Positions 37,785 through 50,139 of a DNA stretch of 64,000 bases are shown here, piece after piece (position 1 is the first letter of the stretch; every line of letters starts with the position of its first letter). Position numbers and translations under genes: made by a program. The notes under the pieces are model-generated. The model had not been told where the DNA came from. It saw only the letters and a program-made list of their open reading frames with translations, and searched no databases. The DNA is taken from NCBI RefSeq assembly GCF_036971445.1, contig NC_091482.1, positions 8,742,001-8,806,000 of the forward strand, given 5' to 3'. Source of the stretch: Narcine bancroftii. Its lineage: Eukaryota.

Positions 37785-37942
37785 AATATTCAAAACTGCT
37801 GGAGAAACTCATCTCGTCACATACCAACCATTGGAAGTAAAGGGTAACGAACATTTATCAGTAATTCCTGATGAAGGGCCCAAGCCCGAGACATTGGTAA
37901 CCTTTTTTATAGATGCTGAATTTCTCCAGAACTTTTGTATGA
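37785..37942 (+). mobile_element. Palindromic Penelope-derived mini-element with hammerhead-like core (37867-37897)
   Basis: Inverted ends caaaactgctggagaaactca / tgaatttctccagaacttttg; cctgatgaa-gggcccaagccc-gagacattgg. Confidence 0.7.
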
Positions 37943-39231
37943 TGGTTGATGAAACCCCAACTAAATGAGTGCATTTTTAATCTAATAATAAAATATGATG
38001 TATTTTGTGATTAGTCTTCCAAGCTGCAGCTAAGAAGCTTGAACCCTCACGACCTCAATCATTCAAAATCCAGCTGCTTTCCTCGAGATCTGTGGGAAGG
38101 CACACTCTCAAAACAAGTTTGGATATTTATGCTACCTCATGTATTTGCCTCCATCAAAAATATTTAAGCCTTAAGATTTGGTGATTGCCAACCTCTGAAT
38201 TGTCATTCCACTGTTCACATTTGATAGAGTCATGTATAGTGCCCTCTTCTCCATCCCTCCAGTGTCCCTGGGAAGTAACATCTCATTTTAAATAAAAATG
38301 CTATCAATGCTGGAGAAACTCAGCAGGCATCCGAACAAAAAGGTCAAGGGGATAAGGAGGGGAAGGGCACACCACAAACAGGGCATGGGGGAGGGGGGAT
38401 GGCTCTGTGAATGGAGAGGGAAAGGAGTGGAGAGCTGGTGGAAAGACAAAAAGATGGGGAAGAGAGGGAGGGAGTGTTCTCCTTTTAAGGCTTCTTTGTC
38501 TAAAAGTCTCTTTTTAAGACTTGATTGTCCATAATGCTTAAAACTAAACTTTTTCATTAAATTTCCTCCTGATTACTGAAGCCCATAATTGTTAATGCCT
38601 CAGAGGGAATCATGAATACCATCTTGGGAACCACTGCTGTGGAGAGCAGTTCTAATTTCGCTGCATTTGGAGTACAATGTGAACTGCTTTGGTATCACTA
38701 ATTTGGAATCAGTAGAATGTTGTTTGGCTTGGTTGGTTTTTGAAGGAAATTATAATTTGAGAAGTTATTAAGAAAGGTCTATTGGCCTTTCAAAGAGTGA
38801 GAGATCCTCTGGTTAAAGTTTTGCTTTTGAAAGGAATTGACAGGGTGGATGCCAAACATTTGTTTCTCTTTGAGAGAGAAAATCTCAAAATTGGCATTTT
38901 GGACATAAATAGAAAAACACAGAAATCCTGGAGGAGCTCACCAAGTCTTGCAGCCTCCACAGGAGGTAAAGGTACTTAACTTGATGTTTTTGGCCTGAGC
39001 AAGAGTAAAAAGCAGACAGGGACCTGAATAAAAGGTGGGGAGAGAGAAAGAGCTGGGGGAGGAATATGGAGCAACAGACAAAAGGCATTAATTGGATATG
39101 GATATGGGGACAGGAAAGAGGAAAGGTGGTTTGCTCCTCATTTGGACGTCTTTAAATCTTTGGAATGTCCCAAGCCATAGTATTGTGCGTGCTCTGTTCA
39201 TTGAATACATGCAGTTTTGAGGTTGATAGAC

Positions 39232-39584
39232 CAGTGGTTCTCAACCTTTTTCCATTCACATACCACTTTAAATAATCCCTGTGCTCTTGTGATTAGTAAA
39301 GGATTGCTTACGGTGTTTTGAGAATGCGACGGGAAGGTTGAGAACCACTGCTCTAGACTTAATTGTTACTGAAATATTTTGCTTGAGAAAAATGGTCATT
39401 GGCCCATTTCCTTTGGAGTTATGAAACCGTGCACATAACGAGTCAATTAGGGACAATTAAAACAGTGGTTTTCAAACTTTTTCTTTCCACTCACAGACCA
39501 CCTTAAGCAATCTTGTATAGATTGCACTGATGGCATAGGGAATACTTAAGGTGGTCCGTGAGTGGAAAAGTTTGAAAATCACTG
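39232..39584 (-). mobile_element. Compound hAT MITE copy
   Basis: Arm-core-arm; degenerate 8-bp TSD tgatagac / ttgtagac. Confidence 0.88.
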
Positions 39585-40149
39585 TTGTAGACAGTCAGAA
39601 CCGCTTTATCAGAGTGAAAATGTCACACATGATTTTAAAGTAGGGAGTTAGGACATTTAGAGGAGATTTTCAGGCAGTTTTTCTTCACACATAGAAGGGT
39701 TGGTGCCTGGAACAGGGCGACAGGGTAGCAGTGGAACCAGATACAGGTACAATAGTAGTGGTTAAGGGCCTTCGAGATACACGTGCAGGGATTAGAGGGG
39801 TGTGTACCATGTGCATGCAGCAAAGTTTTAGTTTAATTTGGCATCATGCTTGGCATAGACATAGTGGACCATAGTGGACATAGATCACAGTCAGTACTAC
39901 GCTCTCGCCAGCCCCCTATATCCCTTGACTCTGCTATCTTTAAGAGCTCTATGTAACTAATTGATCTATGTTTAAAATGGTAAGAGATTGGAAAATGCTC
40001 TGATGAAAATGAAAGATAATATACAGATGCATGAACAATTAGAAAGACAGTTAGCATGTGGCCTTCATAATTGCTGGCTACATGTATCACACCTGAAGGA
40101 TTGTATAAAATTTTTGTTTCCTCATCTTAAAAAAAGGATATTCTTGTTT

Positions 40150-40770
40150 AGGAAATGCACAAATTGCTGGAGGTTCCACAATGTCCACAGGAGGCAAAGA
40201 TGGAAAACCAACGTTTCGGGCCTGTGCTTGTATTATCTTTGCCTCCTATGGATGGTGCAGGGCCTGCTGAGTTTTTCCAGTAATTTTGAGAATCTACTAC
40301 AACCACAGTGTCTGTAGGTCAAACAGACTGGGTGCACACTGGGAGATGGCTTAGTTGAACCCCTTCAATCTGTTCGTATTAGTGACAGGGATTTCCCAGT
40401 GGCCGACCACTTCAATCCTGCTAACATGTCTGTCCATGGCCTCGTGTTCTGACCCACCAGGACCACCCATAAATTGGAGGAGCGACACTTTATTTTCCAT
40501 GTGGGCACTCTCCCAATGGGATGGCATTATATCAGCTTCTCTGGTTTCTGCTAGGCCTCTCTCTATTTCCCCTCCCTCCCCTTTCCCTTTGTCCTCCACC
40601 CAGTCCCCTCTCCCTCCTCTCCCTGCTTGCCCTTCCTCCCTTATCCACCTCTTACCTTTGGGACTGTGTTCCTTCCTCTCCCCAACAGCACCTACCTACA
40701 TTATTTTCATACCTTGCTTATGTATCTTTATCTTTGCTATACAAGTTTGTTGTTTGACCTACAGTGTCCA
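40150..40770 (+). mobile_element. Penelope-like 3' fragment preceded by inverted terminal-repeat pair
   Basis: RLGAH...PVADHF GIY-YIG-like remnant, pyrimidine-rich tail, inverted terminal repeat 40155-40290. Confidence 0.65.
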
Positions 40771-41029
40771 AAGACTTGTTTCACTTCTCATTGTAGGAGA
40801 AATGCAGTCAAAATTTACCTGAATATTCCTTTGATGTAGTGTGAGGAGAGCTATACTCCCCATTCTCTCTGCGCACCCAATGACCTCATTAATTGTAAAA
40901 AGTTCTTAGAAGTTTTGATGAGATGGAAAGAAACATTGCACCCCCCACCTCCAGCCCAGTAAGTTTCATACAAATTCAGAATAAGAGGTAGATTATCTTA
41001 AATTGAAGTGATGAGAAATTGAGTGAGGG

Positions 41030-41540
41030 GCACTAGGTAGAGTCCTGGTCTCCTTACTTGAGTTGAGGAAGGATGGACTGGCTTTGGAGGCGGTGCAGAT
41101 GAGCTTCACCAGATTGTTCTCAGAGATGAGGGAGTTGGCCTATGAGGAGAGATTGAGTCGTCCTGGACTGTACTCACTGGAATTTAGAAGAATGAGAGGG
41201 ATTTTATAGTAACATATAAAATTATGAAGGGCATAAATAAAATAGAGGAAAATAAATTATTACGATTGTTGGGTGTCTAGAACTAAGATTCAGGGTATTA
41301 GATTTAGGACAGAGGAGTAACTGCTTTTCCCAAAGGGTGGTGAATCTATGGAATTCACTGCCCACTGAAGCACTCAGCAAATTTATTTCAGTTAAGGTTG
41401 GATACTTTTTTTTATATTGTTGGGGAATTAAAGGATATGGGGAAGGAAGGTAAATGGAGATGAGTCGATCATCAGATCAGCCATGATTACACTGAATGGC
41501 GGAGCTGGCTCGATGGGCCGGATGCTCCTATTTCTTCGCC
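41030..41540 (+). mobile_element. CR1 LINE 3' fragment
   Basis: GLYSLEFRRMRG-like coding remnant and CR1 3' UTR similar to 50140-50958. Confidence 0.85.
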
Positions 41541-42454
41541 CGGCAAACGTGACTCTTTGGTATTCTCAGCTGAATGGAGTCGCTCTCGGTCATTTTTCTA
41601 AACTAAGTGACAGCTTTCTGGATCTTAAAATCAATAAAAGATATGAGGATCAGGCAGGTCCTGAGATAAAGATCAGTCATGTTTTTGTTGAATGGCGAAT
41701 TATTACGACCTACTCACATTTTGCATCTTGTGTTACTTGGAGATCAGTTCAGACCCATGGATTAACTCCACAATACCACATCCTAGAGTCTGATCATTCA
41801 GAATCTGATTTGTATGCAAATTATATGCCTGATATGAAGATTTTGCTTTTATTGGTTCAGTGAAAACTGAGGAAAATGGATTGTAATGTAAATTAACTTG
41901 CTTGTTCCAAATTAAACAGCGTTTTATCTGATTCTAATTCAATCAGGTTTTATCTGCCTACATCTAAACAGTTAATAAGATTTCACTGCATAATAATGTG
42001 GATAGACACTTGTGTAACACAGCAGTGTAATATCTTTTTCAATTAATGTATTTATTCACAAAGTCTCAATGAATATAAGTGGATGTTCTTTCCAGTTTTA
42101 AGAGGACTGTTTGAAATTAAGTAACCTGATAAGGGCTTCTGATTTTTAAAAAAAATGCAGTTGTGTTTTAAACACTTATTTCATTCTTCCATTCTCATGA
42201 AACTGAATAAAACTATCCATTGGATTAGTAAAGTTAGTTTAGTTAATGGTCTCATGGTCACATGCATTGCCAGACTGACACCACCTGCAAATCGGAGGAA
42301 CACCATCTCTTCTTCTGTTTGGGCATCCTCCATTCAGAAGGCATTGACTGCTCAATTTTTCTTTAAACCTCCCCCTCCCCGATCTTCACCTCCAGTCTCC
42401 TTTCTTCCCTTTTTCCTCTCTGCCTATTCCTGCCTCTCTCCCTTTTCCCTCTAA

Positions 42455-42973
42455 AGGCTATTTCATGACAGACCACCACCTTGAGGGCGGCTGCAGGAGT
42501 GGATGGAAAACTCCAGTGTCCCATTCGTATCCTCCAGATCTGATGGAGATGGAGCGACTGGTGCCATAGCATCACCCTCATGGAATGGGTAGGGATAGAC
42601 GCCCATTTTTCTGCTGTGTTTTGAGCCGCAGAGAGCAGCCCCAAAGGCCGAAGCAGACTGGCTGCCCCTCGACGACCCTCGCTGGCCCCTGCTGACAACT
42701 CCCGCTGCCCCTGACTTGGTTAGAGAGGGATGAATGGGGAAGATGGGGCTCAGGCTGATGGCATTATTAGCCTGCCCCAAACAGCCTCTTAGTGCGGCTG
42801 TACATTCAGATCTATTGTTGGAGCGCTGCGCTCTGCCGACTATCCCTGTCTTAGAGGACTTGTATTATGCAGCTTGGAGACGGCCTCCGCACATTCAGAG
42901 AGGTACATGATTATGCATTTTGGCGGAGGTTCTCCGCCTTTACATTTGGACTTTTGGCCTACCTGAAAGGTCT
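42455..42973. mobile_element. GC-rich ~520-bp insertion splitting a Penelope-like fragment (42240-43230); possible PIF/Harbinger-type MITE
   Basis: Abrupt compositional change; weak terminal inverted similarity (aggctatttcatg vs agacctttcagg), flanks taa/tga. Confidence 0.35.
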
Positions 42974-43463
42974 TGAATCTCCTTTCAGATAGCCAAGATC
43001 AATTCTCACCTTCACATCCAATTAACACCTTTTGTCAGTTGGACCCTTCCTTTCTTCCCCTTTCTCTCACCACTCTTTATTTGGATACCTGCCTGATTTT
43101 TGCTTATACCTTGAAGGAGGGCTCGGGCCTGAAATGTCGGTAATAAGTATACCTTCACGTCCTAGGGACGCTGCGAGACCGGGTGAGTTCCTCGAGCATT
43201 TTTACTACATCTGCACACTTTCTTGTTTCACTAGATTAGTTAAACATTTGGCATGTATTTTCTGAAACATTCACTGTCCATTCCTCTCCATGGTTGATAC
43301 CTGACCCTAGAGTCCCACCAGCCTCTCATTGTTTGCCAGTGTGCTTGCAATGGCAGCATTATAGTGTTAATGGAATAGGAGAAATCAGTGAAATCACAGC
43401 TGAATGGTAGAATATATTTGTCTCTCAATCCCTTGCCAGAATTAATTATTCCAAAGTTTAAAA

Positions 43464-43838
43464 CAAAAGTTCTTAACCTTATTCTTTTCACTCACATACC
43501 ACTTTAAATAATCCCGCTGCCATCGGTGCTCTGTAATTAGCAAGGGATCGCTTAAGGTGGCATTTGAGTGGGAAGGGAAGGTTGAGAATCACTGCTCTAC
43601 ACCCAATTGTTACTGAAATATTTTGCTTGAGAAAAATTGTCATTGGCCCATTTCCTTTGGAGTTATGAAACTGTGCACATAATAAGTCAATTAGATACGA
43701 TAAAAACAGAAGTTTCCAAACTTTTCCTTTCCACCCACACACCACGTTAAGCAATCCCTTACTAATCACAGAACACCGATGGCATAGGGAATACTTAAAG
43801 TGGTATGTGAGTTGAAAGAAAAAGATTGAGAACGACTG
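43464..43838 (-). mobile_element. Compound hAT MITE copy with perfect TSD
   Basis: 8-bp TSD GTTTAAAA at 43456-43463 and 43839-43846; two ~125-bp TIR-bounded arms around a ~110-bp core. Confidence 0.93.
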
Positions 43839-44219
43839 GTTTAAAAGCATCTTTTAAGCAAGGAAGTTCTATATTGCTGTTACCTTTGCCTGCCTTTCCA
43901 ACTGGCCTGGCTCAGCTGGTGTCAAACTTGCAGGGATTTCTTTTTCAGTAGTCATTAGACTATTATCATGTGAAAGGATCTTACTCCCTGGAGTATAGGA
44001 AACTGAGCAGGGATTTTATAGAGGTTTTTACCATCACAAAGGACACAAGTAAAGTCGATGTTTGTAGTGTTTAACCTAGGGCAGAAGAATTGAAACTAGA
44101 GGGCAAAGATTTAAAAGGCACCTGAAGGGCACCATAACGCAGAGAATGGCAGAAGAAGTAGAAGCAAGGCCAATTGAATGTCTAAAGGGTATTTAGACAA
44201 GTACTGTAATCGAAAGGAA

Positions 44220-44560
44220 ATGTTGGGAAGGAAGTAAAAACAATGCAGGAGAGATGTAGCAGGTCCAACAGCATACAACAAAGATAAAGATACATAACCA
44301 AAGTTTTGGGCTCAAGCCCTTTGTCAGGGTATGAGCAAAATGTAGACAGCCTCCTGAATAAAATGGTGGGGTGGGGGGGAAGAGGGGCAGGGGGAGGAGC
44401 ACAGGGCCACAGGCAAGAGGTCATGGAGGGAAAGCACAAGAGAAAGTGGGGGAAGGGGAAACCTTTATTGAATGGAGAGGGAAGGGATGTAGAACTGAAG
44501 GAAAGGAGACCAACCGGGATAGGGGAGAATGGGGAGTGGTCTAGCAGAAACTGGAGATAG
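44220..44560 (-). mobile_element. Penelope-like 3' end / terminal repeat fragment (similar pieces at ~38290-38470 and ~38900-39130)
   Basis: Reverse complement of pyrimidine tail plus degenerate cctgacaaagggcttgagcccaaaac motif. Confidence 0.7.
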
Positions 44561-44690
44561 ATGTTGAGAGGGATATAGGCAGAATGCAGGCAAATGGGAC
44601 TAGCTTAATCAGCATGGACAAGTTGGGCTGAAGGGGCTGTAGAACTATAGTTAAATGAACTATAATGATATTAATTTACGTGGGGGTGGA

Positions 44691-45661
44691 AGGACTTGCA
44701 GAAGAAGTGGGAGGACTTGCAGAAGAAGTGGGAGGACTTGCAGAAGAAGTGGGAGGACTTGCAGAAGAAGTGGGAGGACTTGCAGAAGAAGTGGGAGGAC
44801 TTGCAGAAGAAGTGGGAGGACTTGCAGAAGAAGTGGGAGGACTTGCAGAAGAAGTGGGAGGACTTGCAGAAGAAGTGGGAGGACTTGCAGAAGAAGTGGG
44901 AGGACTTGCAGAAGAAGTGGGAGGACTTGCAGAAGAAGTGGGAGGACTTGCAGAAGAAGTGGGAGGACTTGCAGAAGAAGTGGGAGGACTTGCAGAAGAA
45001 GTGGGAGGACTTGCAGAAGAAGTGGGAGGACTTGCAGAAGAAGTGGGAGGACTTGCAGAAGAAGTGGGAGGACTTGCAGAAGAAGTGGGAGGACTTGCAG
45101 AAGAAGTGGGAGGACTTGCAGAAGAAGTGGGAGGACTTGCAGAAGAAGTGGGAGGACTTGCAGAAGAAGTGGGAGGACTTGCAGAAGAAGTGGGAGGACT
45201 TGCAGAAGAAGTGGGAGGACTTGCAGAAGAAGTGGGAGGACTTGCAGAAGAAGTGGGAGGACTTGCAGAAGAAGTGGGAGGACTTGCAGAAGAAGTGGGA
45301 GGACTTGCAGAAGAAGTGGGAGGACTTGCAGAAGAAGTGGGAGGACTTGCAGAAGAAGTGGGAGGACTTGCAGAAGAAGTGGGAGGACTTGCAGAAGAAG
45401 TGGGAGGACTTGCAGAAGAAGTGGGAGGACTTGCAGAAGAAGTGGGAGGACTTGCAGAAGAAGTGGGAGGACTTGCAGAAGAAGTGGGAGGACTTGCAGA
45501 AGAAGTGGGAGGACTTGCAGAAGAAGTGGGAGGACTTGCAGAAGAAGTGGGAGGACTTGCAGAAGAAGTGGGAGGACTTGCAGAAGAAGTGGGAGGACTT
45601 GCAGAAGAAGTGGGAGGACTTGCAGAAGAAGTGGGAGGACTTGCAGAAGAAGTGGGAGGAC
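44691..45661 (+). repeat. Perfect minisatellite, 21-bp unit aggacttgcagaagaagtggg x 46.2 (971 bp)
   Basis: Direct reading; no variant unit seen. Confidence 0.98.
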
Positions 45662-47914
45662 AAAGGATCAAGCCTTACTTGCCCTGGTGACTCCAAATAT
45701 GACTGAGCTCTGATTAATCATAGAAATTAGAAAGTGAGAAAACAGTCAAAAGGATACGATAAAGCAGTGAAATGCAAATCAGAGGTGTTGATGAAACTGA
45801 AACCAAAAAAGAAATGCTGGAAACATCAGGTAGTGTCTGGGCTGAGAAATACTAAGTTAATATTACAGATGGTTGCCTTGTGGAAAATTGGCCATCTCCG
45901 TTACAGCCAGACAGTCACATTAGCATAAGGTTTGATACAGCTTTGCCTGGACAAACTTGCATGTCAGTCTCTGAATTCAGTAAGAACACCTCCATTGATG
46001 ACTGTGTGTGCAGAATCACCCGGTTTGTGCCTGGGACAAAAGAAAAATAGTCAAGCAGGTTGAAACTATGCCCATGAGAATATTAGGTGATCTTGGACAG
46101 TCATTTCTGACTTCTGAAGCAGAGTTTCAACTTGAAATGTTGACTGTCTGTTACCCCCCCCCATCCACTGGTGCCTGATCCACTGAATTCTTTCATCAAT
46201 TTTGTCCCAGCATCTTCATTCTCTTGTATCTTAGTGAGAGGCGATCTCATTTTGAGGGGGATACATACTGAGATGTTTTCTTTAGTGTGAGCACTTATAA
46301 ACCAGGTGATGTTGATTATGAATAAGTTGCCCATTTAAAACAGAGAGGGAACTTCTGAGGGTTGTGAATCTTTCGAATTCTCCATCTCAAAGAGCTGTGG
46401 AGATGGTCATTGAAAATAACTACAAAGGGAGTTAGCAGAAAGGAGATTGAGTGGGAGAAATGGTATTGAGATCTGGATTTGATTAGTAACTGGATGGACC
46501 AGTTCTGTTTCCTGAGCTCATGTGACCTCAGTGTGAAAAAGGTTCCACTCTCTTTAGAACAGAGGTATTTGAAGGAATAATGATTTTAGAAGAGGAACTG
46601 TTTCCAGTTGCAGGAAAGTTGATAACCAAAGGAAGCTTTTGATCGACAATGTGGAGATGGAGTCGGACAGCATGGAAATCATCCCAACTTGCCCACGGTG
46701 ACATTATATTCTGATCTGGAATGCACAGATTGAAAGTGATATTTGGAAGAGAACTAGATAGCTAACTGAGGTGATGAGAACTACTGAGTTGTAGGGTAAG
46801 AACAGGGGGCTTGCATTAATTGGTTAGTTCCACAAAGTATCATGCAAATAATGGCTGTCTCCTTTACTGATTTATCTGATTTACTGAGTGCTGATTAGAG
46901 AGAAATGAATCAGTATTTCTTGTGATACATTTGAATTGCAGCAACTGGAGACAATTAGATGGGCTGAAGCCAGTCCCCCATGATTGTGCTATCAATCACT
47001 TGCATTTAATATGAAATGTATGCAGAGCATTGAAAAATGAAAGCAAAATGATGAAAGATCTAAAAACCCAGGAACGTTTAACCTGAAGTAAGAACCCTTC
47101 TCCACCAGATGATTTCTATATATTCTGAATGCGAGCTGTGGTGTCCTGAATGTGTCCAAAGATTGATGCATATCTTGTCACAATAGGTCCTCTAGTAAAG
47201 GTAATAATGTAGAAGGGAAAAGTGACAGATTCAGTCTTCAGTCCATGTACAATTAGGTGAACCGCCTGGAATGGTGACAGGGATACGTTGTTGGCATTAG
47301 GCACCCCTATTGAATGGCTCTTGTGTACATGAGGATGACACCAGCCGTGACTGTGGCCTGTACAGAACACTAATTAGCCATGTGCAACTCACTGAGAATG
47401 CATTCTAGTCTGAAAGTTGAAAGTTCAAGCCTCATTGTGGGTCTTGATCAGATAACCCAGGCTTCAATTGAGAATGGAGGGGCTACCACTTTTTTTCTCA
47501 AAATATTAAGCTGAATTTGTCCAGCAGCTTGTGTGGATGTAGAATATTTTTCGGTATTGTTTGAAAACAAGTGCACAATTGCCCACTGTTTCTCAACTAA
47601 AATTTGTAAACTCTGGTGATCTTGCTGTGGTTGGATGTCTACTTGCCCTCCTTTCCACCGATCTTTGCTTCTGGAGGATTTGGAAGGATAGCGTCTTGTC
47701 ACAGAGACTAAAGGATAATAATGTTACTACTATATAAAGTGCAATCTATAGCAGGCTTCAGGACATTCTGGTTAATCCTATCCTTGCAGGTGGCAAGGAT
47801 GTAATGTTAACTTGATACTATGGCATGTGTTGCACATTTACTTTGCCACGGGCAAGAGTTTTATTAAACTTGTTATTCTGCTTGCTTGTGGAGTGATTAC
47901 GATTGATTCCAATT

Positions 47915-49458
47915 TTTAAAATTTAAAAAAAAATTTTCACACTATGAACCATACTGACCAAAATACACATAAACATTTCCCTCTTGAATATACAGTGTCA
48001 TTTTCTCCCCTTTTCCCCCCTCCCTCCTTCACCCCCCCTCCCTACCCACTCAACGTTCAACATATATGATACATTAAACCCATTAAACAATGTCGTCACA
48101 CAATGAAAATAAACAAGAAATTTGTGTCTTCTACTTTTACATATTGGGTCAGTTCATTTCGTCTTCTCCTCCTTCTGTCATTTTAGGTGGTGGAGGTCCG
48201 CGGTAGGACTTCTCTGTTGTGTTCCATGTACGGTTCCCAAATTTGTTCGAATACTGTGATGTTATTTCTTAAATTATATGTTATTTTTTTCCAATGGAAT
48301 TCATTTATTCATTTCTCTGTACCATTGCTGTATTCTCAGGCTATCTTCTAATTTCCAGGTTGATAAGATACATTTTTTTGCTACAGCTAAGGCTATCATA
48401 ATAAATATTTTTTGTGCTCCATCCAAGTTGAGGCCTAATTCTTTACTTCTTATATTACTTAGAAGAAAGATCTCTGGATTTTTTGGAATGTTGCTTTTTG
48501 TGATTTTATTTAATACCTGGTTTAGATCTTCCCAAAACTTTTTCACTTTCTCACATGCCCAAATTGCATGTACTGTTGTTCCCGTTTCCTTCTTACAGCG
48601 AAAACATCTGTCTGATACTGTTGGGTCCCATTTATTTAACTTTTGGGGCGTGGTGTATAGCCTGTGTAACCAATTATATTGTATCATGTGTAACCTCGTG
48701 TTTATTGTATTTCTCATAGTTCCGGAGCATAGCTTTTCCCATGTTTCATTATTTATCTTTATGTTTCGATCTTGTTCCCACTTTTGTTTGGGTTTACAGC
48801 TTGTTTCCTGGTTCTCTTTCTCTTGCAGTTTGATGTATATGTTTGTTATAAATCATTGTGTCTGTAATCACATATTCAAAATTGCTTCCTTCTGGTAACC
48901 TCAGCCTGCTTCCAAATTTGTCTTTTAGGTAGGTTTTCAGTTGGTGGTATGCAAACATTGTACTGTGAATTATACCATATTTGTCCTTCATTTGTTCAAA
49001 AGATAATAATTTATTTCCTGAAAAATAATTTTCTATTCTTTTGATCCCTTTTCTCTCCCATTCTCTGAAGGAAAGGTTATCTATTGTGAAAGGGATTAGT
49101 TGATTTTGCATCATTAATTTTGGTAGTTGATCATTTGTTTTATTCCTTTCTATGTGAATCTTCTTCCAAATGTTGAGCAGGTGGTGCAGTACTGGTGAAT
49201 TCCTACATTGCACCAGCTTTTCATCCCACTTAGATAGATTATGTTCAGGTACCTTCTCCCCTATTTTATCTAGCTCCAATCTGGTTTTTCCCTTGTTTGA
49301 TAAAAATCGGATAGGTATCTTAATTTTACTGCTCTATAATAATTCTTAAAGTTTGGTCACTGTAAGCCCCCTTGTTTGTACCATTCTGTTAATTTATCTA
49401 GCGCTATCCTCGGTTTCCCCCCCCTTTCCATAAGAATTTCCTTATTATTTTCTTTAGC
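47915..49458 (-). mobile_element. 5'-truncated L1-clade LINE (ORF2 C-terminus + 3' UTR)
   Basis: CFRC...H...C zinc knuckle in ORF 48301-48717; perfect 17-bp TSD TACGATTGATTCCAATT (47898-47914 / 49459-49475). Confidence 0.93.
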
Positions 49459-50139
49459 TACGATTGATTCCAATTGAAGGGGGTTGTATTAGGTGCCAGT
49501 TTTAATGTTATTAAGCCGTGTGACCACGAGTAATCTGAGGTTAAAGGTGGAACCTTTGTCGTATTGAGTTATGGTGTTTATTTTCAAACCCAGGTTTGTA
49601 AAATCTTTTTCTCCACGATTTTCATTGGCGCTCTTCTTTCACATATACTGGCAAAGTTAGTGTTGGAGTCTTCCAATTAGAATTAAAATATTTTAAGAAT
49701 GCCCTTTTGTGTCCCATTTGACCAGTGGATTGTTTTACTTTGAAATAAGTTCCAACATCATAAAGTGGTTTTTCTAAAAATAATAAGAGAGAAGTTGTCA
49801 CTAGAGGGTAAATGAGCAAAGATTTGTTCAAATTGATGTGTTTTATATGGATTGCCTTGAATGGTTAGATAGACAGAGGGGTTTGGGGAAGGAATTGTAG
49901 AGCTTGGAAAGTCAAAGGTTGAAGCTACATCTGGCATTGGGGGAGCAAAGTTAAAAAGGTGCCAGAGCTGGAGGAAGATAGAGTCCTTAGATGGTTGTGT
50001 GACTAGAAATTCTAGCGATGGAGAATGAAGGGAGGATATAAAGCAGTGAGGAAATACAAAAGTCTGCGGACTCTGTGATTGTAGTGGAAAAAAAACATGG
50101 AAATGCTAGGGGGTCTCAGCAGGTCTTGCAGTGTCCATA

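Noticed and set aside
44655-45713. 330-350 aa repeat ORFs as real genes
   Set aside because: Produced by a perfect 21-bp array with no synonymous variation or gene structure; kept only as a curiosity.
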